A DNA stretch of 64,000 nucleotides, taken from positions 448,001 through 512,000 of the forward strand of contig CAWGMA010000004.1 of assembly GCA_963823555.1 (NCBI GenBank), read 5' to 3'. The translations under genes were made by a program, and so were the position numbers. Below the pieces are notes generated by a model that saw only the letters and a list, made by a program, of their open reading frames with translations, did not search any database and was not told the DNA's origin. Source of the stretch: Candidatus Eiseniibacteriota bacterium (GTDB lineage: Bacteria > Eisenbacteria > RBG-16-71-46 > CAVPCR01). Positions 36,126 to 48,443 of this stretch are shown in pieces (position 1 is the stretch's first letter; every line of letters begins with the position of its first letter).

Positions 36126-38500
36126 CGCACGAGCACCGCCTTCTCGACGGCGGTCCCGTGTCCCGGCTGCGCCAGCCGGAAGAAGTAGATGCCGGAGGAG
36201 GCCGGGCGTCCAGCGGCATCGAGGCCGTCCCAGGTGAAGTGATGGCGGCCGGCGCCGAGCATCCCGGGTGCGAGCTGCCGCACCTGGCGCCCGCTCGCAT
36301 CGAAGATGGCCAGCGTGACGAGGCCCCGTCCCGGCAGCACGAAATCGATCGCCGCCGACGGGTTGAACGGATTCGGACGGACGGGGAACAGCTGCAGCAG
36401 CTGCTGCGGCACGGCCGCTTCCGGCGCGGTCACGCCAGCGGTGGCAACGGGCAGGCTGCCCGACACGACGATGGCGTAGCCCTGCCGCTCGGACACGACC
36501 TGCCGGGCATGCACGTTGATCGTGTAGGTGCCCGGGGCCGGCGCCGACAGGAACACCACCTCCACGTTGTTGAGGGGGTCGAAGTCGCCTCCGGTCGCCG
36601 ATTCACCCCCGCTGAAGACGTTGCCCCTGTAGATGGGGGCCCCGGCGTCCAGGCCGGCGATCACCTCGAGATCCAGGTCGTTCACCGGCGTGTATCCGGC
36701 GCCGAGCGCGGCCGGCTCGTCGGTGAAGACGAGCGTGATCTTGAGCGGGTCGGTGCCGATGACCTCGATCTCGTGGGTGGCCATCTCATCCGTGGCGAGC
36801 CCGTAGGCGTGTCGCACGTCGACGACCTGGAGCCCGCGGCTATCGCCGTCGAAGTAGAGTGTGTTGTCGAGCAGGATCCGGCCCCAGCCCTCGCGATCGC
36901 TCGGGTAGCCGGTGACCCCGGTCATGTCGACCGTCGAGTTGACGAGTGCGGCCTTGGTCAGCGCGGCGGTGGGAATGAACGCGTCGCCGGCGGTTGGAAT
37001 CCCGCTCGGGTAGACCCCGGTCTCGAAGTACTGGCGTACGAGTGCTGCCGTGCCCATCACGGCGGGGCAGGCCATGCTGGTTCCGGTGAGCGATGTGGTG
37101 GCGCAGGTGCCGCTCGAGGACGAGACGATGCCGACCCCCGGGGCATAGACCTCCGGCTTCCGCCTGCCGTCCGCCGTCGGTCCGGCACCGCCCGAGCCGT
37201 GGTTCATCTGATTCGGAGCCTGGCGCGTGGCGCCGACCGCGAGGCAGTTCTTGGCGTTCTCGGGTGTCTTGAGCAGCGACAGGTTGGTCACCGCGAAGGC
37301 GACCAGGTTGTCCTCGAAGAGCCGGCTGAACAGATCGATGTCCCGGCACCATGCCGTGTAGGCCGTCGTCCCATCGTCTCCCCAGGAGTTGGTGTGGACG
37401 CGGGCGCCGTCCTCGGCGGCATAGGTCAGGTACTCGATGAAGTTGGACGGGCCGCCGCCCCAGCCGGTGACATCGCTGGAGTTGGCGTGCGAGATGCGCG
37501 CCCTGTAGGCGATGCCATTGTTCGAGAGGGTGCCGTTGATCGGTTCCTGGTCCCCGGCGATCGTGCAGGCGGTATGGGTGCCGTGAAGATCGGTGCCGTA
37601 TCCCGTGCTCGAGCGATAGGCGACGAGCTTGCGATGGAGCGGACCCGGGGTGTTGTCGATCGGATCGATGAAGTAGCAGCTGTTGCGGTTCAAGCGGCCG
37701 TCGATGTGCCCCACGATCTGCCCTTCCCCGGTCAAGCCGTGGTCCCAGAGCGGGGTGATCCCGGAGAGGTTCGACTGCACGACCCAGCGCGTGATGTTGT
37801 TGCGGAGCGCGAACTCCCCGAACTCCTCGAGCCACTGGATGCCTCGGATGTGCGCCAGGTCCGGGATCCGTTCGCGCGCGATCCGGACGCGGAGGCGATG
37901 GACGTGGGCGCCATCGGCGAGCCCCACGATCTCGCCGCCCACGGCCTCGACTTGAGCCGCGATGCCGAGGGGGTCTTCCCCGGCGAAGATATCGGCGGTG
38001 ATCCAGGACAGCGGATCGGCGCGGCGGGCAGGATCGGCGAAGACGCGCTCCCCGATCGCGGGCGAGAGGCGGTAGGCGGGCTCGTAGAGCCCGATCCACT
38101 GCACCTCAGGTTCAACGGCGAGCGCGGCCACCGCATCCGGGGCGAGGCGGACGAGCAACGCGTGGTTCGGGATGTAGTCGAGGATGTCTCCGTTCGCGCG
38201 TTCGATCGCCGAGCGGAACGCCGGGCCGATCGGGCCTCTGCCCTGCACGATGTAGTACTCGTGGTCGGGGAATGGGGCGGGTGCTGTACGGGTGCGCAGG
38301 CCGGCCGGAACGTCGGGGCCAACGCGGGTGTCGAAACGGGCGGCGGCGAGCAGGATCAGGTGGGGATCGGAGGCTCTGGCCCGCGCCTCGGCCGCGAGCG
38401 GGGAGCCCGATCCGGAATCGGCCTGGGCCACACCAGCCACGATGAAGAGGCCAAGGGCGAGAGACACAAGGGCGAGCGCAAGGCGGGCGCGATCGGGCAT
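36122..38500 (-). CDS. Secreted S8 subtilase with C-terminal FlgD-Ig domain
   Basis: Catalytic D (GHIDG), H (HGTHTA), S (GTSMACP); NDLDL; PNPFN...WDG...SGIYF. Confidence 0.93.
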   Translation of the reverse strand: MPDRARLALALVSLALGLFIVAGVAQADSGSGSPLAAEARARASDPHLILLAAARFDTRVGPDVPAGLRTRTAPAPFPDHEYYIVQGRGPIGPAFRSAIERANGDILDYIPNHALLVRLAPDAVAALAVEPEVQWIGLYEPAYRLSPAIGERVFADPARRADPLSWITADIFAGEDPLGIAAQVEAVGGEIVGLADGAHVHRLRVRIARERIPDLAHIRGIQWLEEFGEFALRNNITRWVVQSNLSGITPLWDHGLTGEGQIVGHIDGRLNRNSCYFIDPIDNTPGPLHRKLVAYRSSTGYGTDLHGTHTACTIAGDQEPINGTLSNNGIAYRARISHANSSDVTGWGGGPSNFIEYLTYAAEDGARVHTNSWGDDGTTAYTAWCRDIDLFSRLFEDNLVAFAVTNLSLLKTPENAKNCLAVGATRQAPNQMNHGSGGAGPTADGRRKPEVYAPGVGIVSSSSGTCATTSLTGTSMACPAVMGTAALVRQYFETGVYPSGIPTAGDAFIPTAALTKAALVNSTVDMTGVTGYPSDREGWGRILLDNTLYFDGDSRGLQVVDVRHAYGLATDEMATHEIEVIGTDPLKITLVFTDEPAALGAGYTPVNDLDLEVIAGLDAGAPIYRGNVFSGGESATGGDFDPLNNVEVVFLSAPAPGTYTINVHARQVVSERQGYAIVVSGSLPVATAGVTAPEAAVPQQLLQLFPVRPNPFNPSAAIDFVLPGRGLVTLAIFDASGRQVRQLAPGMLGAGRHHFTWDGLDAAGRPASSGIYFFRLAQPGHGTAVEKAVLVR

Positions 38501-38708
38501 GGAGCGGGCCTCCGCGTTTGGGGGATCGCTGCGGCCCGATCCCGGCTGGTAGGACGAAACAGACCAACTCTATTGTAGCATGCCGGCACCCGGGACGGCG
38601 CGGTTCGATGCTAGGATGCGCGGGTCGAGCCCGCAGGGGCGCATCCGCTTCGGGCCTCGCAGCGGAAGCCCGGCCGAGAGCACTGTACCGACGCGGAGGT
38701 CTTTCCTT

Positions 38709-39842
38709 TTGGCTAGCAGCACCGGCACTCTCTTTCGCGCCACCACCTTCGGTGAATCGCACGGCGGCGCCGTCGGGGTGGTCGTCGACGGTTGTCCGCC
38801 GCAGTTGCCGATCACGCGGGAGGAGATCCAGGCCGACCTCGATCGTCGACGGCCCGGCCAGAGCCACATCACGACGGCGCGCGCCGAGGAGGACCGAGTC
38901 CATATCCTCTCCGGGGTCGACGCTGAGGTCACGCTCGGCACGCCGATCGCTCTCGTCGTGGGCAATCGGGACGCGCGTCCCCAGGATTACACCGAGCTCG
39001 GCCGCGTTTACCGGCCTTCCCACGCCGACTACACCTACGAGGCCAAGTACGGCATCCGCGCCGTCGCCGGCGGCGGCCGCGCGAGTGCACGGGAGACCAT
39101 CGGGCGAGTTGCGGCGGGAGCGATTGCCCGCAAGCTCCTCGCGGCGCGGTCTGGAGTCGAAGTCGTGGGCTGGGTGAGACAGGTGCAGCGCGTCGTGGCG
39201 GACGATATCGACTCGCGCCGGGTGACCCGCGCCAAGGTCGAGGCCTCGATCGTACGCTGCCCGGACCCGGCGGTTGCCGCCAGGATGATCCGCCTGATCG
39301 AGCGCACACGGAAGCGCGGGGATTCGGTCGGGGGAGTGGTCGAGTGCGTTGCGCGCGGTGTGCCGCCCGGTCTCGGTGAGCCGGTGTTCGACAAGCTCGA
39401 GGCGGATCTCGCCAAGGCGGTGATGTCTCTCCCCGCGGCCAAGGGGTTCGAGATCGGCTCAGGATTCGCCGGCACCTTGCTCACCGGATCCGCCCACAAC
39501 GATCCCTTCTATGCGAGATCAGGCCGGGTGCGAACCCGGACCAACCGTTCCGGCGGCGTGCAGGGCGGGATCTCGAACGGGGAGGACATCCTGATCCGGG
39601 TCGCCTTCAAACCGACGGCGACGATCGCGCTGGCTCAGGAGACCGTCGATCGGGGGGGCAGGGCCCGAACGCTCCGCGGCCGGGGTCGACATGATCCCTG
39701 TGTTCTCCCCCGTGCGGTGCCCATGGTGGAAGCGATGGTGCTCCTCGTCCTCGCGGACCACTGGCTACGGCAGGCGGCCCTCATCGCGGGGCGGCCAGCC
39801 ACCCGGTCCGGGCGCCCCGCCCGCTCCCGGGCCGGGCGTTAG
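38709..39842 (+). CDS. aroC: Chorismate synthase
   Basis: TTG start after GGAGG; TFGESHG, RRPGQS, RPSHAD, RASARET, GGISNG, RHDPCV. Confidence 0.97.
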   Translation: MASSTGTLFRATTFGESHGGAVGVVVDGCPPQLPITREEIQADLDRRRPGQSHITTARAEEDRVHILSGVDAEVTLGTPIALVVGNRDARPQDYTELGRVYRPSHADYTYEAKYGIRAVAGGGRASARETIGRVAAGAIARKLLAARSGVEVVGWVRQVQRVVADDIDSRRVTRAKVEASIVRCPDPAVAARMIRLIERTRKRGDSVGGVVECVARGVPPGLGEPVFDKLEADLAKAVMSLPAAKGFEIGSGFAGTLLTGSAHNDPFYARSGRVRTRTNRSGGVQGGISNGEDILIRVAFKPTATIALAQETVDRGGRARTLRGRGRHDPCVLPRAVPMVEAMVLLVLADHWLRQAALIAGRPATRSGRPARSRAGR

Positions 39843-40229
39843 CTCCCGGAGCCCGGGACGCCCAAGAACAACGGCGTCCCGCCGGCGATCCGGCTTCCCT
39901 GCCCTGGCCACTGGGATAACTTGATACTGGATAACAGCTTGAGCCCAATCCCGGGTCCCGGCAGGAGAGGCTGGGCGGTGGGGCGCTGTTGGCGGAATGC
40001 CCCACTTTTCTTCTTTACTGGCTCAAGCCGCTCCGCCAACCGGCCGATCTGTCTCAGCGAGGGCGCAAGGAACGCGCAGCGCGCGAGTACCCGCCGCAGA
40101 GGTTCCTCCCCTCGATCCCGTCCGGTCCCACGTGCGGTCGTACGCGAGCCGGGCACGAGACAAGGAGTACCGTCCCGCACCTTGGCGGGCCGGGGTCGGG
40201 TGGTACCCCGACTAGCCATGGAGTTCAAA

Positions 40230-40775
40230 ATGACGAAAGGACTCTTCCTCACGGTCGCCTTCAGCCTGGCCCTGGTGGGTGCGGCGATGGCAGCTCCGGC
40301 GATGACGGGCAAGGGGCCGATGTCCCTTACCTTCGAGGCGAATCCCGAATCGCCCCTCATCCTCTTCGGGTGGAACATCGCCGACATGACCAAGTTCAAC
40401 ATCGGTGCCGGCTTCGTGAACTCGGAGCCGGGTGTCGAGATCACCGAACAGCCGTTGCAGACCGAGTCTGATACGAGCTGGCAGTTCCAGACCGGCGTCA
40501 ATCGCTACCTGGGCTCGATCTCGAACAACATGTTTGCACCGTACTTCGGCGCCCAGCTGAACCTGCGGGACTACGGCTCGAACTATGACACCTCGTACGC
40601 GGTTCGCGGGTACTTCGGCGTCGAGGCCTTCGTCGTCGATGCCCTCTCGATTGGCGGTAACATCGGCCTCGAGTGGCAGCAGGACGGCGATTACGTGCTG
40701 GGGGACCAGACCTACAAGGGTGATTCGTCCGTCGGCACGGGTGTGTCGTCGATCCTCGCAACGCTCTACTGGTAG
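40230..40775 (+). CDS. Small outer-membrane beta-barrel protein
   Basis: Signal peptide (AMA-A), alternating amphipathic strands, C-terminal aromatic beta-signal ATLYW. Confidence 0.7.
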   Translation: MTKGLFLTVAFSLALVGAAMAAPAMTGKGPMSLTFEANPESPLILFGWNIADMTKFNIGAGFVNSEPGVEITEQPLQTESDTSWQFQTGVNRYLGSISNNMFAPYFGAQLNLRDYGSNYDTSYAVRGYFGVEAFVVDALSIGGNIGLEWQQDGDYVLGDQTYKGDSSVGTGVSSILATLYW

Positions 40776-40864
40776 CCGGGAGCTACCCGTGGTGGCGGGG
40801 GGAGCCCCGCCAAGCGGGGCTAGAGGACGCATAGCGAACTTCACGGGCGAGCGTGCTCGCAACA

Positions 40865-40904
40865 AACGGGGGAGGTGCTCTCGAGAGGAGCTCCTCCCCC
40901 TGTT
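40865..40904. terminator. Hairpin between convergent genes
   Basis: AAACGGGGGAGGTGCTCTC...GGAGCTCCTCCCCCTGTTT with A and T tails. Confidence 0.6.
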
Positions 40905-41525
40905 TCATTGGGCACGCCGCGGCGGGATCAGGCGTACCAGCTGGAAGATGTGGGTGTGCCCGTCGGACTCCAGGGACTCGACGATGACCGAGTCGCATTC
41001 CCTCAAGTCGATGAGCTGGTCCGGAGTGACGACGACGGTGTGGGTGTGCCCGCTCGCCGAGGTCGTCGTGTAGTTGCGAACTCCAGTCGGGTCGTTCATG
41101 TCGGCCGCTGGCACCGTCATCGAGTGGCGGTGGCCCGTCAAGTCGAAGTCGGACTGGGCCGTGATGTCCGAGGCCAGGTCGGGCAGGTGAATGAGCCAGA
41201 CATGCCGGTGCCCGGCATTTTCGCTCGACTCCTTGGTCACCGAACAGCCCAGGCTCAGGCGGTCGATCTCATCTGCTGAGAGCTGGACCTCGTGGGTGTG
41301 TCCCACGTTGCTCGCGGTGTAGGTATGGTCCCCACCGCCGGCGATGTCCGCATCCGGAATGATGATGGTATGGCTGTGACCGGTCCCGTCCGGAAGCGAG
41401 GAGAACGTCTCCGCTGTCGTATCCGGCCCCGTGCCTCCGTCATCGCTGCAGCCGAGCTGACGGAAGATGAGGGGCATCGTCGCCCCGCCGATCGCCACCC
41501 GCACCAAGAACTCGCGCCGCTTCAT
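40905..41525 (-). CDS. Tat-exported His-rich (six GHxH) putative metal-binding lipoprotein
   Basis: MKRREFL twin-Arg motif, LGC lipobox-like site, two ~80-aa repeats with three GHxH each. Confidence 0.75.
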   Translation of the reverse strand: MKRREFLVRVAIGGATMPLIFRQLGCSDDGGTGPDTTAETFSSLPDGTGHSHTIIIPDADIAGGGDHTYTASNVGHTHEVQLSADEIDRLSLGCSVTKESSENAGHRHVWLIHLPDLASDITAQSDFDLTGHRHSMTVPAADMNDPTGVRNYTTTSASGHTHTVVVTPDQLIDLRECDSVIVESLESDGHTHIFQLVRLIPPRRAQ

Positions 41526-41676
41526 CGTATCGCCTCCGGGTAGGTTGATTCGCGCTCATGGGCCGGTAGCGTGGGCACCGGCGATTCAGCACACTCTCTT
41601 TCGCGACGGCATTCGACACTAGCAGGGCCTGCCGCGCCGGGGCAAGCGATCGCCCGCCGCAGGTGCATCGCGGGCA

Positions 41677-42330
41677 TCAACCCAGTGGCCGCAGGACAGC
41701 CCGCACCGGAGAAGCCTCCACTCCGGACAGGCGCAGCGGCAGCGCAATCAGCTCGTAGCGCCCGGCGCGGACCGGGCCGAAATCGAGTCCTTCGAGGATC
41801 GCCACGCCGCCGGAGAGAAGGCAGCGGTGCACCGGGAGATCGATGGCCCCGGCTCGATCCACGGACGGCGCATCGAGGCCCACGATACGCACGCCCGCCC
41901 GCACGAGCATGGCGGCGGCCTCGAGGGTCAGGTGCGCATAGCTCGGAGAGAACTCGTCGGGTGCCGGACCGCGCCGCGTGCGCAGGAGCAGCCGCTCGAC
42001 GCCCTCGAGGTCGCAAGCGGCCAGTGCCGCTCCATCCACCGCCGGAACGCCCTCGAGATCGACCACCGTGGCGGGCCCGATGAAGATCGACAGATCGAGC
42101 GACGCGATATCGGCCCCGCCGGCCAGGAGGTGGAGCGGCGCGTCGACATGGGCGCCGAGATGAGGCGTCAGGGTGATCGCCGAGAGGTTCGTCGATTCCC
42201 CGCGCTCGGTGTTCTGGGTCCAGGAGACGCGGAGGGGCGAGTCGCCGGGCCACACCGGAGTGGAGAGCGAAAGCACGGGGCTGAGATCGATCACTTGAGG
42301 AGCAGTCTGTTCCAGAGGCCGGTCGGCCAT
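41677..42330 (-). CDS. Cyclase family protein (kynurenine formamidase KynB-like)
   Basis: IDLS...PVWPGD, HLGAHVDAPLH, GLDAPSVD, ILEGL, SPVRA. Confidence 0.9.
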   Translation of the reverse strand: MADRPLEQTAPQVIDLSPVLSLSTPVWPGDSPLRVSWTQNTERGESTNLSAITLTPHLGAHVDAPLHLLAGGADIASLDLSIFIGPATVVDLEGVPAVDGAALAACDLEGVERLLLRTRRGPAPDEFSPSYAHLTLEAAAMLVRAGVRIVGLDAPSVDRAGAIDLPVHRCLLSGGVAILEGLDFGPVRAGRYELIALPLRLSGVEASPVRAVLRPLG

Positions 42331-42932
42331 GTGAACCTCCGCGACGCGGGTCGGATGCTCTCAGCCTGGTGCTCGAACCAGGCGATGTACCGGCGTTCCC
42401 CGGCGGAACGGCGCGCGATGGCTGCGGCGGCGAGCTGGTGGAGACTCGCCGCCACGCCCGGGCGGAGCCCGAGCCCGCTCGGGTCGGCGAGGCGGGCCGG
42501 CAGCTTGAGATAGAACGGGAACGCATCCACCAGGCTCACGTCGCGGGCGAGGGCGAACAGATCGCAGCTCCGCTCGCCACCAGGAACGAGCCCGCGCCCC
42601 TGCAGGAGATGCACGAGCTCGTGGGCAATCGTGTGCAGGGCCAGGCGTCGTGGGTTGAGCCAGAGCTTCTGGCCCTCGATCTCAGCGAATCCGGCGGCGC
42701 TGCGTGTGAGCCCTATGGTGAGGACGAGCCCATCGAGCTCGGGGAAGAAACGGCGTACATAGCGCACCTGGCTCAGCACGAGTGGGCCTCGCGGGTGGTT
42801 GCGCAGTGGCCCGGTGGCGACGACATCACGGGGCGCCGCAGATTCCGTGTCGCTAACCGCCACCGGCGGCTCCCCTGGCGCGGCGCGACGACCGGTGGGG
42901 AGGTTGAAGAGCGCGAGCTGGGCTCCGCTCAT
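42291..42932 (-). CDS. Hypothetical protein with HExxH zincin-like motif
   Basis: IAHELVHLLQ; ATGA-coupled to amrS. Confidence 0.65.
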   Translation of the reverse strand: MSGAQLALFNLPTGRRAAPGEPPVAVSDTESAAPRDVVATGPLRNHPRGPLVLSQVRYVRRFFPELDGLVLTIGLTRSAAGFAEIEGQKLWLNPRRLALHTIAHELVHLLQGRGLVPGGERSCDLFALARDVSLVDAFPFYLKLPARLADPSGLGLRPGVAASLHQLAAAAIARRSAGERRYIAWFEHQAESIRPASRRFTWPTGLWNRLLLK

Positions 42933-44062
42933 TCGCGGCGTCCTGGGGTCGACCACACGCCCGGGATCACCGTCTGGCAGTCCGGGCAGCGCCCCTCGCG
43001 GATCCGGTTCTCGCGCACGAAGTAGCCGTGGCGCTCGATGAGGAGCGCGCTGCAGTTCGGGCAGGATGTGTTCTCGAGATCGCCCACTCGCCCCGGGCGG
43101 TTGCCGGCGTAGACGTAGCGTAGGCCGGCGGCTCGGCCGATCTCCGCCGCCCTGAGCAGCGACCGAATCGCCGTGTCCGGGCGATCCATCATCCGGTAGT
43201 TCTGATAGAAGGCGGTGACATGCCAGGGGATGTCGCGATCGACTCCAGCGAGAAAGCGGGCAATGCCTGCAAGCTCGGCCTCCGAATCATTGAAGCCAGG
43301 AACCACCAGCGTGACCACCTCGACCCAGAACTGGCGTTCCTTGAGCCCGACGATGGTCTCGAGCACCGTCGACAGGAGGCCACCGAGCTCACGATAGCGC
43401 CGGTCATCGAACCCCTTCAGGTCGACCTTATAGAGATCCACCCATGGGCGCAAGTAGTCGAGGACGCGGGGCGTGGCGTTGCCGTTCGAGACATAGGCGC
43501 CGATCAAGCCCCGAGCCTTGCCGCGCCGGAAGACCTGGACCGCCCATTCGCTGGTGATGAGCGGTTCATTGTAGGTCGAGGTGATGATCGGGGTGCCGTG
43601 CCGCACGGCCAGCTCGACCAGCGCGTCCGCCGAGATGCGTTCCAGGGGTGCGACCGCGCTCTTGTCGCGAAGAGCCTGCGAGGTGATCCAGTTCTGGCAG
43701 TAGCTGCAGTGGTAGTCGCAGCCGAGCATGCCGAAGGAGAGGGCGGCACTGGCGGGAAGCGCGTGATAGAAGGGCTTCTTCTCGATCGGGTCGACCTGGA
43801 TCGAGGCGACGTAGCCTCCGGGAACGTAGAGCGTGCCGTCCCGGTTGGCCCGCACGCGGCAGATGCCATCGCGGCCGGGAGGGATGCGGCAGAGGTGGCC
43901 GCAAGCGAAGCAGCGCACCCAGCCCGGTTGATCGGAGAGGGGTTCGTAGAGCTCACCCGGGACGGCGTGTTCCGCGAGGAGGGTCGCAAGGGGAGAGGAT
44001 TCCCGGTTGCGGTGGGGGGGCTGTCCGGACCTGGGGGGGGACGGGTCGGGGCTCCTCGACAT
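42929..44062 (-). CDS. amrS: AmmeMemoRadiSam system radical SAM enzyme
   Basis: N-terminal CxxCxHxC, VDPIEKKPFYH, CDYHCSYCQNW, TYNEP, C-terminal CPNC...CPDC. Confidence 0.93.
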   Translation of the reverse strand: MSRSPDPSPPRSGQPPHRNRESSPLATLLAEHAVPGELYEPLSDQPGWVRCFACGHLCRIPPGRDGICRVRANRDGTLYVPGGYVASIQVDPIEKKPFYHALPASAALSFGMLGCDYHCSYCQNWITSQALRDKSAVAPLERISADALVELAVRHGTPIITSTYNEPLITSEWAVQVFRRGKARGLIGAYVSNGNATPRVLDYLRPWVDLYKVDLKGFDDRRYRELGGLLSTVLETIVGLKERQFWVEVVTLVVPGFNDSEAELAGIARFLAGVDRDIPWHVTAFYQNYRMMDRPDTAIRSLLRAAEIGRAAGLRYVYAGNRPGRVGDLENTSCPNCSALLIERHGYFVRENRIREGRCPDCQTVIPGVWSTPGRRE

Positions 44063-44210
44063 CGGACCTCGCTTTCGCTCCCGCTTGAGCTGGTGCCGCC
44101 GGTGGGTGTTCCTCCCTCCAGCCTAGGCCCCGGGGGGGCACCGTGCAACGCCCGATCCGCGGCGGTCGGGGAGAAGGACCGCGGTGCGGATCGGGTGTCG
44201 CGGGCCGCGG

Positions 44211-45122
44211 CTAGTGCTGCCGGCGCTGCAGGATCGTGATGACCGTGAACGCGCTGGTGGCGGCCAGGAGCACGACGAACCAGAAGGTCGCGGGTCGGCT
44301 CTGCATCGGGATCGGCACGTTCATCGAGAAGAAGCCGATCCAGACCGTGGGCAGCATGAGCGCGATCATGATGATGTTGAGGCGCTTGATGAGCACGTTG
44401 AGATTGTTGGATACGACCGAGACCCGCGCATCCATGAGTCCCGAGAGCACCTGCGAATAGATCTGCGCCTGCTCGTGGCATTGGTTGTTCTCGATGGCCA
44501 TGTCCTCGAGCAGTTCGAGGCTCTCCTGGCTCAGTCCCAGGCGGCCGGCGTTGGTTCGCAGGCGATCGATCACCCGGCCGTTCGAGCTGATCGCGTTCAG
44601 GTAGTAGACGAGACTCTTCTCCAGAGTGAAGAGATTGAGGAGATGGCGATTCTCCATCGCCGTGTTCACTTCCTTCTCGATGGACTCGCTGCACATGTTG
44701 ATGACCTTGAGATGGCCGAGAAAGTGGTGAATCGAGCGATAGATCAGCTTGAGCACCATGTCCTCGAGCGAGGCCACCCGGGCAAACGGTTTTCCCTCGA
44801 AGAGCTCCACGTCATCGCTGGTGATGATGACCAGGCGATCCTTGAACCAGAACATGCCGAGCGAGAGGACCTTGAACAGGAAGTTGTCGGCGGCCGAATA
44901 GTTCTTCGGGCGCTTGGTGATGATCGCGACATGATCGGGTTCGAACTCGACGCGGCCGATCTCGTCGGGATCGAGAGCCGAGGCCACCGTGTGGGGGTCG
45001 GCTCCCAGCTCATCGCTGATCCGGTGGCGCTCGGCCTCATCAGGGGCAACATAGACGGCGATGGTCCCGCCGCTTTCGCAGGCCTGTACTCGGCCGTCGC
45101 GGATGTCGAAACAGCGCAGCAT
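44211..45122 (-). CDS. CorA family Mg/Co transporter
   Basis: SALDPDE, LEKSLVY, SNNLN, two C-terminal TMs with FSMN (GMN variant). Confidence 0.88.
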   Translation of the reverse strand: MLRCFDIRDGRVQACESGGTIAVYVAPDEAERHRISDELGADPHTVASALDPDEIGRVEFEPDHVAIITKRPKNYSAADNFLFKVLSLGMFWFKDRLVIITSDDVELFEGKPFARVASLEDMVLKLIYRSIHHFLGHLKVINMCSESIEKEVNTAMENRHLLNLFTLEKSLVYYLNAISSNGRVIDRLRTNAGRLGLSQESLELLEDMAIENNQCHEQAQIYSQVLSGLMDARVSVVSNNLNVLIKRLNIIMIALMLPTVWIGFFSMNVPIPMQSRPATFWFVVLLAATSAFTVITILQRRQH

Positions 45123-45329
45123 GGGCTCCTCCTCTCCGGGGGACACTGCGCCAAAGCGTTGCCGGTGGCAAGCGGATGCATGGGCCAGGGGCGGGCTGGC
45201 AGGACCCAGCCCGTCCTTGAGTCCGCCGCCGCCAGGATGCTACGATCGCCAGCCCTCAACCGGGAGGCCCTGGCCGACCCGGTTCAACCCGCAACCCGAC
45301 GGGAAACCGCGACCCCGATCGGAGAGAAG

Positions 45330-47386
<2,057 letters not shown>

Positions 47387-47418
47387 CGATGAGCTGAATC
47401 AGAGGGGAGGTGCAGGTG

Positions 47419-48443
47419 ATGACGCATCGTCTCGCGACGGCCGCGCTCTTCATGGGTGCCGTGCTCGCTGTGCTCGTCGTCAACGCCCCGGCGCCGGTCG
47501 CCGAGATGGCGCAGCCGGTGGCCACCTTCTCCATCGTCGCCCGTGATCCGGCCACCGGCGATCTCGGCATCGCCGTGGAGAGCCGGTTCTTCGCCGTCGG
47601 TGCCGTCGTGCCCTGGGCGCGCGCCGGAGTGGGAGCCGTCGCCACCCAGGCCGCGGCCAACACGACCTTCGGGCCGCGCGGACTGGAGCTCCTGGCACGT
47701 GGGTTGGCGCCGGGAGCGGTCATCGATTCCCTCCTCGCCGGGGACGCCGAGCGTGATCAGCGTCAGGTCGGGATCGTCGACGCCAAGGGACGTTCGGCCG
47801 CGGCCACCGGTCCGGAGTGCCAGGTCTGGGCCGGACACCGCTCGGGTCCCGAGTACGCCGCGCAGGGCAACATCCTCACCGGGGAAGACGTGGTCCTGGC
47901 CATGGAGCGTGCCTTCCTGGATACGCAGGGGCATCTCGGCAGCCGGCTCCTCGCCGCCCTCGAGGCAGGACAGGCGGCCGGGGGGACTCGCGCGGGCAGC
48001 AATCGGCGGCTCTCCTCATCGTGCGCGACAAGGGCGGCTACCGCGGCCTCAACGATCGCTACTGCGATCTTCGCGTCGATGATCACGAGACGCCGATCGC
48101 CGAGCTTCGCCGCCTCTACACGCTGTGGCTTCCCAATGCCCTCATTCTCGAGGGCTACAACCTGGTCGCAGAAGAGAAGTACGGCGCTGCCATCGCGCGC
48201 GGGGAGGAGGCGATCGCCTTCGCTCCGGCAAGCGGCGAGGGCTACTATCACACGGCGTGCTATCTGGCGCGGGCAGGACGTGGGGAGGAAGCCCTCGGCC
48301 GGCTCGGCGAGGCCATCACCCGCGATCCCAAGCTCGCAGCACAGGCGGCCGGGGATCCCGACTTCGAATCGATCCGTTCGCTCCCGCGTTTCCAGGAACT
48401 CATCGCCGGCACGAAGCCGGCCCGGCCCGCCGGGACCCGCTAG
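47419..48443 (+). CDS. DUF1028 (Ntn-hydrolase-like) protein with C-terminal TPR, frameshifted at the G6 run 47980-47985
   Basis: ATFSIVARD, GAVATQA, AQGNIL; one added G restores AGGDSRGQQSAAL...DLRVDDH. Confidence 0.88.

Noticed and set aside
35720..38578. 952-aa plus-strand ORF and other long antisense ORFs (e.g. 1300-2820, 18513-20024, 49530-51113)
   Set aside because: Shadow frames opposite well-supported genes, expected at high GC
44184..45329. Long N-terminal extension of transketolase
   Set aside because: Antisense to the CorA gene; the real start is ATG 45330 after GGAGAG
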